Of a stretch of 64,000 nt of DNA, positions 1-45,070 are shown one piece after another; position 1 is the first letter of the stretch, and every line of letters begins with the position of its first letter. A program made the position numbers and the translations under genes. The notes below the pieces were generated by a model. It saw only the letters and a list, made by a program, of their open reading frames with translations, had not been told where the DNA came from and ran no database searches. The DNA comes from Chrysomallon squamiferum. Taxonomy: Eukaryota > Animalia > Mollusca. The DNA lies in the NCBI GenBank assembly GCA_012295275.1, contig CM022665.1, forward strand, positions 31,248,001-31,312,000, given 5' to 3'.

Positions 1-533
1 AATAACTTAAATATACATATATTTTAAAATTGTATATCTGATTTCCAGTGTTTGAATTTTCTTATAATAACATTGTAATGAAGTAACGCGCGTCTTGTAG
101 GTAAATATACCACGCCCTCTAGCAGACGATTCTTTTATCCCAAAAAATTATATGATGTTTTAAGTCATTATAGTTAAGGATAAACCCATAATTATTATTA
201 TTATTATTATTTTATTATAAATAAGTATTTCTTACTAAAACTGTTGTTAAACTCAGTATTTACTTTTTATACCAGCGTGGCCTGAACAGATTCTGTATTC
301 CAATTGGATAAGCCCAAATGAGGTGATTACATAAAACGGTCACCAATAATTTTAAATTTAGCAAACGTTCAGCTGATATAAATTTTTCAAAACATGAAAT
401 ACTATTGATTAAGTAATTACTGATGTGCAAAAAGACATTGTATACGTGTTATACAAAGTACCATTCAAACATTTAATACTGTGTTAATATTAACATAACT
501 TTTCTTTCTTTTTTAATAAAGTTATGGAAACTA

Positions 534-538
<5 letters not shown>

Positions 539-592
<54 letters not shown>
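539..592. repeat. (GT)n microsatellite
   Basis: Perfect dinucleotide run. Confidence 0.95.
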
Positions 593-593
<1 letters not shown>

Positions 594-757
594 ATTTTAC
601 TGTGATGAGCACCATGTTAATATTTTTCTGTCTTCATTTTATTTTACCAGTTTAATTGACCTGTATATAAACATAAACAGAAGTTTTCACAGGTTTTAAA
701 TATTTCACTATATCTATCCATTGTTACCAGTAGTGAAATAATACCTTCAAAAATTAA

Positions 758-5739
<4,982 letters not shown>

Positions 5740-6282
5740 AAGACTGCAGCCTTTGGTTTTTGAGTAACTATACAGAAATATGACACAAGAACTAATTGTT
5801 GTAGGTTACTAAGAATCTTTAATACTTTTTCTCTTCTAATACTGGACTGCAGTTTGATTATTTAATTCCATTACTGATTTTATTTTGGGGATTTGTTTTA
5901 TCAGTCACCATAGACAATTATTTTGTCAGATCTTTGTAATTTTCTTCACATTAAGAAATTCTATCATCTTCTCTCTGTTTAATAAGGTTTTTCATTAAAT
6001 TTCATGTTAATCATTTAGTTGCAATATTTAATCCAGAACAAGTTTTCAAAATTTCTCTTCCGTTGGTCTTTTTTGTTCTTTCAACATTTGCTGAAATATA
6101 TTAAATTATGTATGTATAATTTTGAGACATCTTTCATTGACCATAAATTAAAGCAATATTTACATAACTTTATATTAAGTTTATTTTAAATTTATTTTAA
6201 ATGTTAAAATTTTGAGAATGAAATATGATCTGGTACAATGGCATTGTTGATTTTGTATAAATCACAAAGTATATTTGCTTTA

Positions 6283-6288
6283 AATAAA
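6283..6288 (+). terminator. Probable ACAT2 polyadenylation signal AATAAA
   Basis: AATAAA at the end of the T-rich stretch after the stop, with TGTA upstream; composition flips to A-rich just after. Confidence 0.45.
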
Positions 6289-9200
6289 CCAAAAATTAAG
6301 TAAAGAATCAACAGAAAACACAACCTGTGATATTTTTATTGGTACGAATTGTGACAGGGCACACTTTATAAACAACACTTTATAAACATCCAAGACTTTA
6401 ACAAATATAACTTAAATATAACAATTTGTGACATGGGAGAAAAATGTATTTCATTTAAAAACAAATAAAATATAGGTGAACTGAAAAACATTTCAAAGTA
6501 AATGTGAAAAACAAGAATCAAATAAATTTTATAAGTATTTTAATGGTGTGGGAAGAAAACTTAAAAATAATTTTGGTATTTACTAAACATATCTGGACTA
6601 CATATTTCATTATTAAATTTACAGTACAGTCTTTTAATAGAATTGTTTTATATAATAAAACAAAGAATCTGCTTCAGATATTTTCAGCAGTTATCTATAG
6701 TTAGAAAGACATCATTGATTCTTCTTGACTGACCTTGGATCAAATTCAAAATAAAATATTTGTGTTAGAAAAATAGTTTTTGTTATTTATCACTTTAACA
6801 TCCAGAAGACATTTAAGTATGATTAAAAAAAATTCAAAACATTAGAGTAAAACTATAGGAATGATAAAATCATCAATCACTTTATTAAATGTGTTTTAAA
6901 AGTAACATTCTGATCACCTTTTTCACACATTTTGGAATTCATTTTCATAATTATTTTATTTCAAACAACACATTCTACATTTGTAAATATATTATTTTTC
7001 AGTATTTTTAAAAATTACAATCCATGATGTATTACATTTAACACTACGTTGCATTACAATAGAATTAAAATACAGACAATAAATTTCAGTGTGTTCGTGA
7101 TTGTGAGAAAGTCAGATTTAAAAAAAAAAAAAAAATTAACAACTGTTTTAAAGTAGGCAGAAAAACCAGGAATGGCTGTAAAACAAGGCATTTCTTTATA
7201 CTAGTATATGAAATGTTTCTTTTCTTTTTCAGTCTTTGAGACAGAAAATACATCAGATAAAGTATCAAGGAAAATTCAGTTTAACAGGCATATAAAATAC
7301 ATCACCTATTTTTTTATTTTTTTTATTTCTCCCAGATCATGAATATTAATAGTTTTAAGAGTAACAATATATTTTAATATATTAAAACAATAACTGCAAG
7401 AACAATATAACAAAGTTTCTGACAAATATATAAATAAGTTTTATCACTAAATAGCAGATTATTTATATGCTACTTATTTAATGAGAGTTCATTTATGCTT
7501 AAATAAATACAAATTACAAAGAGTACTCATTGAAAATTTTTTCTTATTCTCAGTTACATTTTCACCCAGATATATTTCCTATTGAATTTAAAAGTTTTGA
7601 AATAGGGGTGTGTACCTTAATTTAAACAATGATAAAACAACAGCCATGTGGCTTTTGCTTACCATGAAATTACAAGCACTGTAAATGTTCATAATAAAAT
7701 TAATAATCAAAGAAGTACTTTTCATGTACAGAATTTTAAAAATTTGATAGTTCATAGATAAATGGGCTACAATTTGCATGGTAGAATGCCCAAATGAGGC
7801 AAGATGAGACAATTTGCTTCATGGACAAACACTGAAAAATATTCATTCAGTACAACACCATTTAATGATTCTATAGAAATAAAATCTTAATAAAATGTTG
7901 TAGATAAAAATAAGCAATAAGAATATTGTTTGAGTTTTATGGAATGTTACTGAAGACCATCTCCTGATGAAACATGAGTTTATAAAAAAAGGTTTAAAAA
8001 ATAGAAAATTGATGATCATTTATGAATAAAACTTTCCTTGAAACAGAATTTCCATACAATGAATGAATACATTTTGAATAGAAATTGATTTTAAAAATAT
8101 ATATATATCATTTATTTTGAAGATGTCACTGAAAATATGATACCAGTATTATTACAAAAACATTTAATTATTTCTAAGGAAAAAACAAAAAAACTTAGTG
8201 GATTTCAGAAAAAAAATACAATTGATAAAGAACTTGTTTGATATAAAATATATCAGATACTGATACAGTCACTTCAGATTAAACAAATATCAATAATAAA
8301 TAACCTTATATTAACATTTCAGCAGTTGGAATGTTTAGTTTTCACATTACAAATGAAAGCAAGTTTTGTACTTCTGTATTAATAATTTAATAAAATAGTT
8401 AAATACAAGTAATTTAAAATTATTTCGATGCTAATAATTAAAAATAATTTTAAAACTAGATATTAGCCATTTCATAATATTGAATACAAGTCTTTATTAA
8501 CCTTTTCATAACACTGATATAATCAAGTTATCTAGTATACAAAATATTTATTGTTTACAAATGTTCTATTCATTTTATGATTAAAATGAGCCTATAAAAT
8601 ATGCAAGTATTTGTAGCTTTGTATAATATAATATATATATATGTAGACTAACAAATGCAGTTTTGTATTGAAATTTAAATATGAATTAAATAAAGAAAAA
8701 TAAACAGTCTATAAAACAGTTTACAATTTGAGACATTTCTAAAATTCTATTATAATAAATAAAACTAAAAGTGTATTTGAAATAATAATTAGAAAATGAG
8801 ACATCGACTGTATGTAGGTGAACACCTGAAAATAAATTATTTGTTACTGTATTCAGCCTTGCCAGATATATTAATAAAAGTTTTACATACTTTGTAAAAT
8901 TATGGTATTATAAAATTAGCTGAGATGCAGCCTTATTAATCTTTAAAAAAATATGTTATTTAGCACCATTAAAATAAAATGAATTGTCTGAAGGTATACA
9001 AATACATATATAATTATATCACATAACTGTGGGAGTTCTTCCTATTTAAATTAATAAAAAAAATTTTACTGAAAATTTGTCTTTTAAATTTTATAGTTGG
9101 TTTTCAAAGGTACTGTTATGGAATTGACACTGAATTAAAAAAAAATAATGCAAGGCACAGGGTCAAAAGTGAGACATTTAAATTGTTTGAAAAATTCAGT

Positions 9201-11717
9201 CATGTATATATACATATTAAAAGAAAAACAAATTATCTTTCAGTAAAACACTTATTTTGTCAATGCAGATGTTTTTAGATTTATAACTAATCAATTTCCT
9301 AAGATTAAACTAATAGTTAGTAATGATACTAAAAATTCATGTTTAAACTTGTGACAATGTATATCTTTTAAAATAAATCTTTAAGTACAATAATAAAAAG
9401 TGATATGATTTAATCTGGTTCACACATTTCACAGCATCACCCACATTGCTTGTAATTTGAATCTGCTCTTGGCAGCATTTTAACAAAGGTAGTTATGACA
9501 AAAGGCATAAATGGCATATAAAACATTACAATGCAAATTGAGTAGCACGCTGAACATTACAACCTGCACCAACAAAAATGTTAATATATTATTAAAAAGC
9601 AATAATGCAGATTCTATAGTCATTTAAGGGACATTCTAACCATATGACAATTCACATGAGCTTTAGGATCTACAAAATAAAGAACAATCCAAGTCTCATA
9701 CTCCATAATATCTATAAATATATTACTTAGCTGTTCATAATAGATTATTTTTCTATTACATATAAATAAAAAAAAATTACATCTCAAGATTTTAAAAAAG
9801 TTATTTGTGTTGTCAAGTTCATAGAAATTCAAATGGACATGACCCAAACTTGATGCATTTCAATGTTGTTATTGTCAGATAGGTCTTTATCTGAGTTAGA
9901 AATAGATTTTTTTAATTGTTAGTACTCTAATATGACTTGTTTCAGATATTATAACAGTAGTTCATTTTTCTATGACTGTGTTTTTCAAGTGTTTTGTTAT
10001 TTAATTATATAACAGATGTACATTATGTCACATGGTGAAAATATCCCTTGAAATCTTTCACATAACAATTCATCTTTAACATTATTTGCATTATTTTGTA
10101 CAATAAAGATTTCAAACATATAAACACAAACAAAAATGTTTATCACTTTCATTTTGTCTGTCATTTTTGAACAAATTTCATCTAAAGTAAAACATACATT
10201 GAAAAACAATTACTGAACTTTGTAAAAATTATCAGACTTATGCTATAAATAATAACATAGATCATATTCATTAATTTTATTCATAATTTGTTTTCAACAT
10301 TTAAGTCAAAATTTTATCTAAAATAATCCCTAATAAAATATTTTTTATGCAAATCCAAGATGTGCACCTTCACCTAATCTCTGTTCAAGATACATTTAAT
10401 TCATTGATGGCCTACACTCTTTCTTAAATCCTTGATCTGTGGCTCTGGTCTTAAACTAATCAGCCCAAATTTGTTGTTAGTTTTCAAAAAATAAGGTATG
10501 CTACATAATATCTGTAATTAATTTCAAATTTACAAAATAAATGACTAACAAATTAGAATTAAAATTAAAACTATCTAAGGTTTAGTGTGTATGAAACAAT
10601 AAAATAATATCAAATTTTAATATAAATGTTATTAAAGCATAAACAGTCAGTCTGGTATCTACTGATAATATTCAACATTAAAACAAAACATAATTCAGAC
10701 TGCATTTTGTCTACCTATTAAGCATTATGAAGCCCACCTCTATCATAATAAATGCAATTTGTAATAAAACTGTAAACAGTTTTCTCTTTACACACTGATT
10801 TTCTATATTTCTACAAAAGAGTGAGAGTATATTGGAATTTTTCTTTTGCATATTTGTCTGCAGAGTTTACCAAGGAAGATTCCAAAATTGAATTTGTTAA
10901 CAAAAATCATCTGCAAGCCAGATCTTAACTTTGGTTATTTTGTAAAAAAAAAAAAAAAAATATCATCCATTTTGTGTGAATTTTGTTGAAATCTTGTTTG
11001 AAAACCCTGCACAAAAAACTACACAATTTTTCCAGTTAACAATGAAAAAACAACTGTCATATGACTTTATGCTTTTCATGATTTTACAAGTTAATCATAA
11101 TATATAACCAAGAGAGGACTATTTGTTTATAAATTTTTAAACATTGTGACAATACTTACAACAATAATTGTTGAAATTTACCAATTGTTGAACATCAACA
11201 GTATACACAATTGCTGACATTTTCAATATTGTTTAAAAACAACACAGATATACAGCAATTGTTGAAATTTACAAATCTTGTGGGAAACCCACATATACAC
11301 ACAACCATTGCTGAAATTTTCCAGTGTTTTTTGAAACTGACAGATGCACACAACAATTTATCTTTTTTTTTTTTTTTAATTTTAAAGCAATGCATACACA
11401 CAACAATTGTTGAAATTTATTTTTAAAAAGTTTAGAAGCTAGCAGACATGTACAACAATTGCTGAAATTTACCAAATATCTGCATAATTAATACATAAAA
11501 CAATTGTTGATTTTTACCAATTTTTTAAATTCAACATACAACAATGATTCCAGTGTTAAACAGACACACAGATAATAACACATATAAACTATTATTTAGC
11601 TATGCCTAGTTGCTGTTGAAGAAATTTCAGTGACTCTGAAAATTCAAAACACATCAACTGCTGAAATGATCCCAGTGTTAAACTGACACAGATAATAATG
11701 ATAACATGTATAAAGTA

Positions 11718-37230
<25,513 letters not shown>

Positions 37231-40200
37231 GTTGAATTTTCAGAATATCTGACTGGAATAACAAATGAATGCTTAATAAAATATTATATATAAATATTAA
37301 TGGCTGTTAGTCTCAAAAACACAGCTTTTGTAAAATAATGTATTACAAAAACACAAACTATAGCCAATCCACAGGTTTCTCTTAAAAATTAGCAGTAATG
37401 GATTTTTTCTGTGCATCTTCCCATACACAGAGAAGCACATATTATGGCCTTTGATAAACAAGTTATGAAACTATCTTGAGCAGTAAATTTGGAAAACAGA
37501 GATATTATCGATTAGCAGAAAAGAATATATTCACAGAAGCCTTTACATATGCTAAATGTATACAGTCATTATTTAGCTTAATGCATAAAAGCCTGTTTCT
37601 AACAACCTCATATGACCCATTTTTTATTTTGATATTATCACCTGGCTTAACCAAGCAATATACATATTCAAGTAGCCAATTTTAACAGAACAAACCTGTT
37701 CAGAAACTATTTTTATTTCCTGCCTTTTTCAGTATAACTCTACTTATATTATATTCTTACATTCTGCTACCTGCAGCACACCAATTCATGTAATAGCATG
37801 AATATAGGTGTGTTTATAAATTAACTAATTAGTAACACAAAGTTCTTTACTTGTTCTATTAGGTACTGGTATAAACAAGCTCACTTTTATGTTACTGGAA
37901 ATGTGCGTAGTGAAGGTACCCACATTTATACAAGCTTTAAAATATTATCTCCAATCTAATGCTTTTGGAAGGTACAACAAAGGTTGATATAAAATCAATG
38001 TAAAGTTTTGGTATATACATTCCAGAAGAACAAGAACATGCATAGCCAACAAAACCCCCAATGCATAATGATTATGACGATTGAGCCAAAATATCATTTA
38101 TGATAAATTTAATTAGCAGATAATGATTCTTATATGCACCTTTCCACAGACAGTACAGCATTATCACAGCCTTTGGTAAGATAGGTTTAATTCTACAGCC
38201 ATTATGCTTCTTTGGGTAAGTGCTTGTCACCTTATACTGCAGTCCACCCCTAACATTGAGCTGAGACAGAAAGAAAGAAAGAAAGTAAAAGAGAAAGAGA
38301 GAAATGTGTCCACATCAAGTATCAGACTTTACTAACAACATGTGTTACATTCTTTCATCATGTTGGGGTTGTCAGTGTATTGATTTCACAAACATGAAAC
38401 AAACTGGAGAAAACTTCCACCAACACTAAGCAGTCACTAACAACAAACTGCTGTGTGGTGGAAGCAAACAGGAGAAATTCAACATTACAGTTTTGTTGTT
38501 ACACATTAAGTTATGCAGATGAATTAGTTTTTGAAAAGAATGTAAGAGAAATTCAACATTACTGTTCTATAGTTAAAACATATTGAAACATTACTGTTTA
38601 TTTTATGAAATTTATATGTTAAGAAATGATGAAATATTTTTAATTTAAAACAAACCTCACAGAAATTAAACACTTTAGTTTTGAAACATTATTTTCTTTA
38701 TATTATATTATATTAATTATAAATAAAACATTACTCTGTAATAATATTTAAGTAACATATTTCAAAGAACATCAACTAAGTATAAATCTGTATAATAAAT
38801 TTTTATCTTAGTTAACTGTAGACTTACTAAAACAAAATGTTAAAAGAATTTATGATATACATATTTATCTCAGAAATCCAAGAAAGAAATTTGTTTGATG
38901 CAAACTTAAATATCAGGTTTATTATCACTGAAATTCAACACTGTAATTAGTTATTAATATATACTGAAAAAAATGTTATGTTAAGTTCATGTCCAACAAA
39001 TCCAACAACAAGGCATTAACTTTTAAGAAATTTATATGAAATTATTTTTATGACACATATTTGTGTGAATTTACTCAGATTGTAATACACGTGACCATTT
39101 TGCTCCTCAGGTTCAGTAATAGTTAACATTGTAAGCAATACCATGTATGTTCTAATTTTCTAAAAGTCTTTCCAGTACACTTATAGATAAACATTTATAT
39201 CACCAGTTAATGTAATTTATTATTTCCCATTCAGAACTTTACATAATTTTGTCTAAAGGAATAAATTATATTTTTATCAAATGGTAAATTTTACAAAACT
39301 AAAACAATTAACAGTATTAACAACTACTGTATCAGGGATGTTCCTATATTTGCATTCTTCAATTTCCTTTTTTAAACACTCCAAGCCATTATAAACAATT
39401 CCAGCCATAAACAAATAACAATTTTAAGAAAATATTAACTAACACAGCCAGTGCAGCAAGAATGCCCCCCCATCAAACAAAGAAAACCATATGACACTAG
39501 ATTTAATACAGTTTTAATATTATTACACTATGGTGATGGGTATTGAATAAAAGTAATAAAAATGTCAAGAAAGAAAGAATAAAGGTTTTGTTGAAAAATA
39601 TTTAAAATAAATAAAAATGAATTTAGATTTATTATGATTATAGAGCTTTATATATGTTGGTTAAAGATCATTCAGATAATAAGAGATAGACTTATGAGAT
39701 AGACTATGCTTTCTTAGCATAACGAAATCTTGTATCCACCTTCAGATAACAGGAGAGTACTTACCAAGGACTTTGATAAAACACTGCAATAAACAGTGGA
39801 ATAAGAGAGTGATATTGGTGAGTAATTAGGTTTTTGAGTTGTTAAGTATTGGACAAATATTTAACTTTCTAATCAGAATGAGCTGTTAATTGAATCATGG
39901 AGCTGAGAAATTTGTTAAGCATTCAAGGTACATACAGACACACATGTATGTGTGTGAGCATGTGTGCATATGTGTATATGTATGGTTATGTTCATGACTA
40001 CACATGTGCATATGCATGATATGTTATCAACATGCAACAGCAGTATATATATCTAGAAATGATCTAAAGAATCAATCTACTAAATATTTTATAACAATGT
40101 GACATATGCACATATGTGACACTGTAATGTTATCAAAATAATAGTTTGACCATTAACAACATAAATACAATTAATATTCACTGACATACAAATGTGTATA

Positions 40201-40524
40201 ATACTGGATCATTTAGTCAGAAAATTTACATGTTCCATATAAAATGGTTACAGCTGTGTGAATAATTATTACTGTTTTGTTAATAGGACCTTTCTTTGCT
40301 AGTGATACTAATTCCATTTATTTATGTCTGCATTATTTATGTCCAAGACATTAATAATAATAATTTATGTATATTTCTAAAGTGAAGTGAAGGAGGCTGA
40401 AAGACTGAAATTAATAAATATCTAACAATAACTAAATATAAATTATTATAATGTGAAACATAAGAGATCCTATCTATTTTCAATTCATGGGCTGAACTCA
40501 TTGGCAAAATATTATTTATTTACT

Positions 40525-40555
<31 letters not shown>

Positions 40556-40818
40556 CTTTTGTTTCTTTTCTTCTTTTATGCTAATTTTTATCTGTTCTTT
40601 CTTGATGAATACTAAAAAGAAAAATGTAACTAATATTTCTTTGACAACTTTAATACTTGAATTCAAAACTTTTATTTGCTGCAGAACAGTTCTGGTCTAC
40701 TAATCCAAATCAGTAAATAACTTTACTTGCAGTTTTGATTTTTTAAATTTATTTTTTAAATGATTAAAATTGTATTTGGATGATGAATGCAGTAGAGCCA
40801 TAAATATGCACACATTCT

Positions 40819-40853
<35 letters not shown>

Positions 40854-43800
40854 TCAGACATACAAAAATAATGTATATCAACAACAAACATACAACAAGA
40901 TACTTGTTGTATGCAGAGGATAATAAACATCTAAGACAATACACTCTCAAAATCAAAACAAGTACAATGTTTAACAGTGTTCAAGAATGAAAACAGAGTA
41001 ATAGGAAGGTAAACAGCTACATCAAACATAACAACCATGTCAGCATCATCAACGTTGATTTAATATAAAAATACTATGGAGCGTTAGGTTGTATTTTTAT
41101 TTTGATATCTCTGAAGCATATTAACAAACTTTTGAAAATGATTTACATTATTAATCATGTCACTTAACTGTTTATAAATAAAAATCTACACACATACACA
41201 CATACAAAAAAATATTTAATTTAAAATAAATGAACGAACATCTTTTAAAGATCTGCTTTGTAAAGAGTCCTCCAATCATCAAAATCATGATCACCTGCAT
41301 GTCTACAAGTAACAATCTTTAAATATAACATAATAAAGATTTGTTTTAAAAACATGCTTTCAAAAGTTTAATCCATGTACATTATGTCATTAATCCTTGG
41401 TCATCAAACTATATTCTTAAATATATGTGCCTTTGTGTGTATGTGTGTGTGTGTAAAATGAACGAATGTTTTAAAAGACTGCTTATTACATTTTATTATT
41501 AAAACTTATTAGGTTGTCAGTTATTTATGTACAGTTTCATGAGAAATGAAATCTTTTCACTGGTTTCAGTAAGAAGTAAGAGATATTTTATAGCTGGCAA
41601 GGGATATTTAAAAGGCAGGTTTCCATTAGTAGGAAAGTATATACCACTGACTTTGTTAAAAGAATTACAGAGTTTGACTGAAACAGAAGACCAGTAAGTC
41701 TGACTGATCCTGTAATCTATTATACATTAACTGAGCCATAATCAGTGAGCTGTTAAACATGTGTACATGTGTGTATGACTCACATCTATACATAACATAT
41801 GGTATATTCAGTTACAAAAACAAATTTTAAAAAGGCATTTGTTCACATTTTTTTTGTTTTTTTGTCCTATTCATACATTCTAAGTTATAGCTGGCATATA
41901 ACCAAGCTGTACTTGAATTTTGAAATCACATTCATAAAGACTTCCATTTTCTAAATGAACAAAAAATAAACAAAATAATAAATCCTATTGATGTGTTTAA
42001 TATAACTGGGTGTGCTTTCTAAAAGTATACAAAAATATATCACACACACATTAATGTTCATGCATTTATGTGAAATAATCTTATTTGATACTAAATATAT
42101 CTTTGTATAAAGCAACACTAAAATCAAGCCTCTAGTCAGATACCTTAATAATGTCAAATAATGTTAAATTAGACATATCTGTCAGTCACTTGTCTTCACT
42201 CTATATAGTTTAAATGAAGGTCAGTTTTTATCTGACATTGTTTTAGTAATCCACAGCCTGCAGGTGTGTCTGTCTTTCACTTCATGTCAAAAAAACAGGT
42301 ACTTACAGATGGCAATTACAATTTAATATCTGACTGTGTCATTGCTAATCAATAAAATTAGAATCAAAAGCTATAGCTCTTGAATATTAGTTCAGAAAAA
42401 GCTTGGGTGTGGCATTCTAGTCATAGGAAAAAAAATCAACAGGAAATGATTTAAAAGCATGGTAACTTAAGGCTGAAAATATAGTTGAATTATGAGTTTA
42501 GAAAAAAAACAACAAAAAAAACAGTAAATTTCTACAGCAAGGAGTTTGTGGGTTAAACGTTTACAAGAACCAGTTTCTGGTATAGTAATCTCATTATGAC
42601 TTTAACATGGATACATGCACCTATTTTTTACTCAAAAGATGCAGTTTAAAAAAAATGAAATTCAAAAAAAATACACTGAATAGAATTATCTTTATATAAT
42701 CACCTTGCGATGTGCAATTTGAAAATTACACTTATCTTATATTTTTAACAAAAGACCCTAGCCTACTATATTTTATATAAAGATCAAAAAATATCTCCAC
42801 AACTCTTATATAAATCTTTATAAATAATGATTTTCATAACATTGCAGTTCCCAAGTGATTATCATTAATCCATAAAATTGTTAAACTTTATCTGAGACTT
42901 TTAGTCACATGTAATAATGTAATAGACTGGCAATGAGATAACAGTCAATATATATCAGTCTCTACAATTTGAAGTCTGATTGTAAAAAAACCACAAAAAA
43001 AAAAAAAAAAAAAAGTGAACTGACATGGTAATCTAATCTTTTCCATTGACACTGCTATATATTATGATTGTATGAATACCATTTTTTTTCTCTCTAGTAA
43101 TGTATAATTTTTTTTTTTAAATTAAAAATTAATTATATATTAAAAATAACATTTTCAGAAACACCACACAAACAGGCACTAACACCAATATAAAATAAAT
43201 TAATTAATTAAAGCAAAAAATTCAAACAAAAAATTATAATAAAGCATACAATATTTTGTAAATATCTAAGTAGAACTGAACTATTGACTCATGAGCTATC
43301 AAGCCTGAAAAACAAACATTCACCTACATGATATACCTTAATGGTAACAAATTGCATGTATGGAAAAGTTGTCATAATTTTCAAGATCTATGATGAGATG
43401 AAATAAAAAAAGCCATTTTTGTAGTAACATGTAGAATAACATGTAGAAATATTGTTAGCATTAGTATCAGATTTATGCATGAACCAAGCAAGCCACAATT
43501 TATGGCCTCACAGTGCACAGAGACCTAAAAATTAGTATAACATGAAATGCAGTACAAATATTTTGGAAAGGGCACTATATGCATAGGGTTTCACCAGATC
43601 TAAAGGCTGCATTAAATACAATGGGTTAACAGCTGGACAGAATGCCCAAGGAAAGAAATGATAAATTATCAGGATTATCAGCATTAAGAGTAATAGATGT
43701 ATCAAACTATATATTTGTACATAAGTTACATATAATGGTAGACATTTACTAATGCTGTTTTATAAAACAGAATTCAGATATATTCATTTATAAAGCTACT

Positions 43801-44089
43801 TATATAAGCTATGTGACAATAAGTTAGTTTTTTGTTTTTTCTAGCTGTAACTTGTTTCCTGCACTGTGATATCTAGAAGATAAAAAAGTTAACTACAATC
43901 TTTAGGTCAGCTCAAAGGTGGAAAAGCAGACAGAATTTCAGATTATAAGTGTTAGCCTAAACTGAAACATTTCTTATCGTAAAATAAATTGTAAAACATC
44001 TTTAAATGGGTAGTTGCAATCATAAAATATCTGAGAAAAAATATCCCTAGCTTTCAAATAAGAACAACATAAAATATGTATCCCACAAA

Positions 44090-44766
44090 ATACTATGTAC
44101 TGAAAGTCAGTATAGTTCATAAATATTCAGCACATATTAAAGTTTGAAATATGCATAATGGTAACATTCTACTTAAAACCATAATGCAATCAAAAGTATA
44201 TTTCATACATGTAGAAAATAAAGCAATGTATTATAACTAATATCCAGTCATTGGTACTGTTCAACAGTATTCAAAAATATTATTATTATAAAATCTGAAA
44301 CTAAATAATTGTAGTCATTTTAAAGCAAAAAATAATGCAGTCCTATGTATAAATAAGAAGAAAAATACAGAATATAACTACATCAGAATATTCAGCATAG
44401 TCAATTAGCTTAACTTATATTCAACATTATTATACAATTCGAAAGTGTAGTAATCACTCTAAAGCAGAAAATATGGTGCAATCCATATACATAAGAATAG
44501 TAATACACATAACAATACCAGAATATTCAAAGTACTTACATAGCTTGACTGTATCCAACAATATTACATAGTTTGAAACAGTCCATCCACACAAACACAC
44601 ACACAAATACAACACACTTATACAAATAGTAATAAATGTTGTAACAATACCAGAAAATCAATGCAGTCAATACAGCTTAACAGCATTCAACATACAATAA
44701 AGTTTAAAATATGCATAATGGTCACTTTAAAACAAAAACCATACTGTAATCTGATGAAAATCATAC

Positions 44767-44797
<31 letters not shown>

Positions 44798-45070
44798 CAT
44801 AAATACAAATATACATACATACATAAATAATACACACAAAACTATAGCAGAATAACAAGTATAGTCAGTACAGCTTAAGCACTTTCAACAATATTACAGA
44901 GTGAAATAATGTATAATTATAGTTTGACTTTAAAACTTAAGCTCAGTACAACACATACATCATACATATAAATAATAATATAATTATACAAAAAATACCT
45001 GATTTCCACTGTAGTCAGCAGTCAACACACAATAAAATTTGAAATTACTGAACGTAATGGTTAGTTTATA
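44090..45070. repeat. Degenerate ~135-nt minisatellite in MYO6 intron 1
   Basis: Recurring cagaatattca..tagtca.tacagctta...ttcaaca.tatta.a.agtttgaaat..gcataatggt.a unit, about 7 copies. Confidence 0.65.

Noticed and set aside
6345-11150. Possible hidden gene or structured RNA between ACAT2 and MYO6
   Set aside because: No recognisable exon, tRNA, snoRNA or snRNA motif by eye; an Infernal/Rfam scan would be needed to exclude one.
11150-11520. Regularly spaced repeats resembling a CRISPR array
   Set aside because: Eukaryotic context, degenerate units, non-unique spacers, no cas genes; it is a minisatellite.
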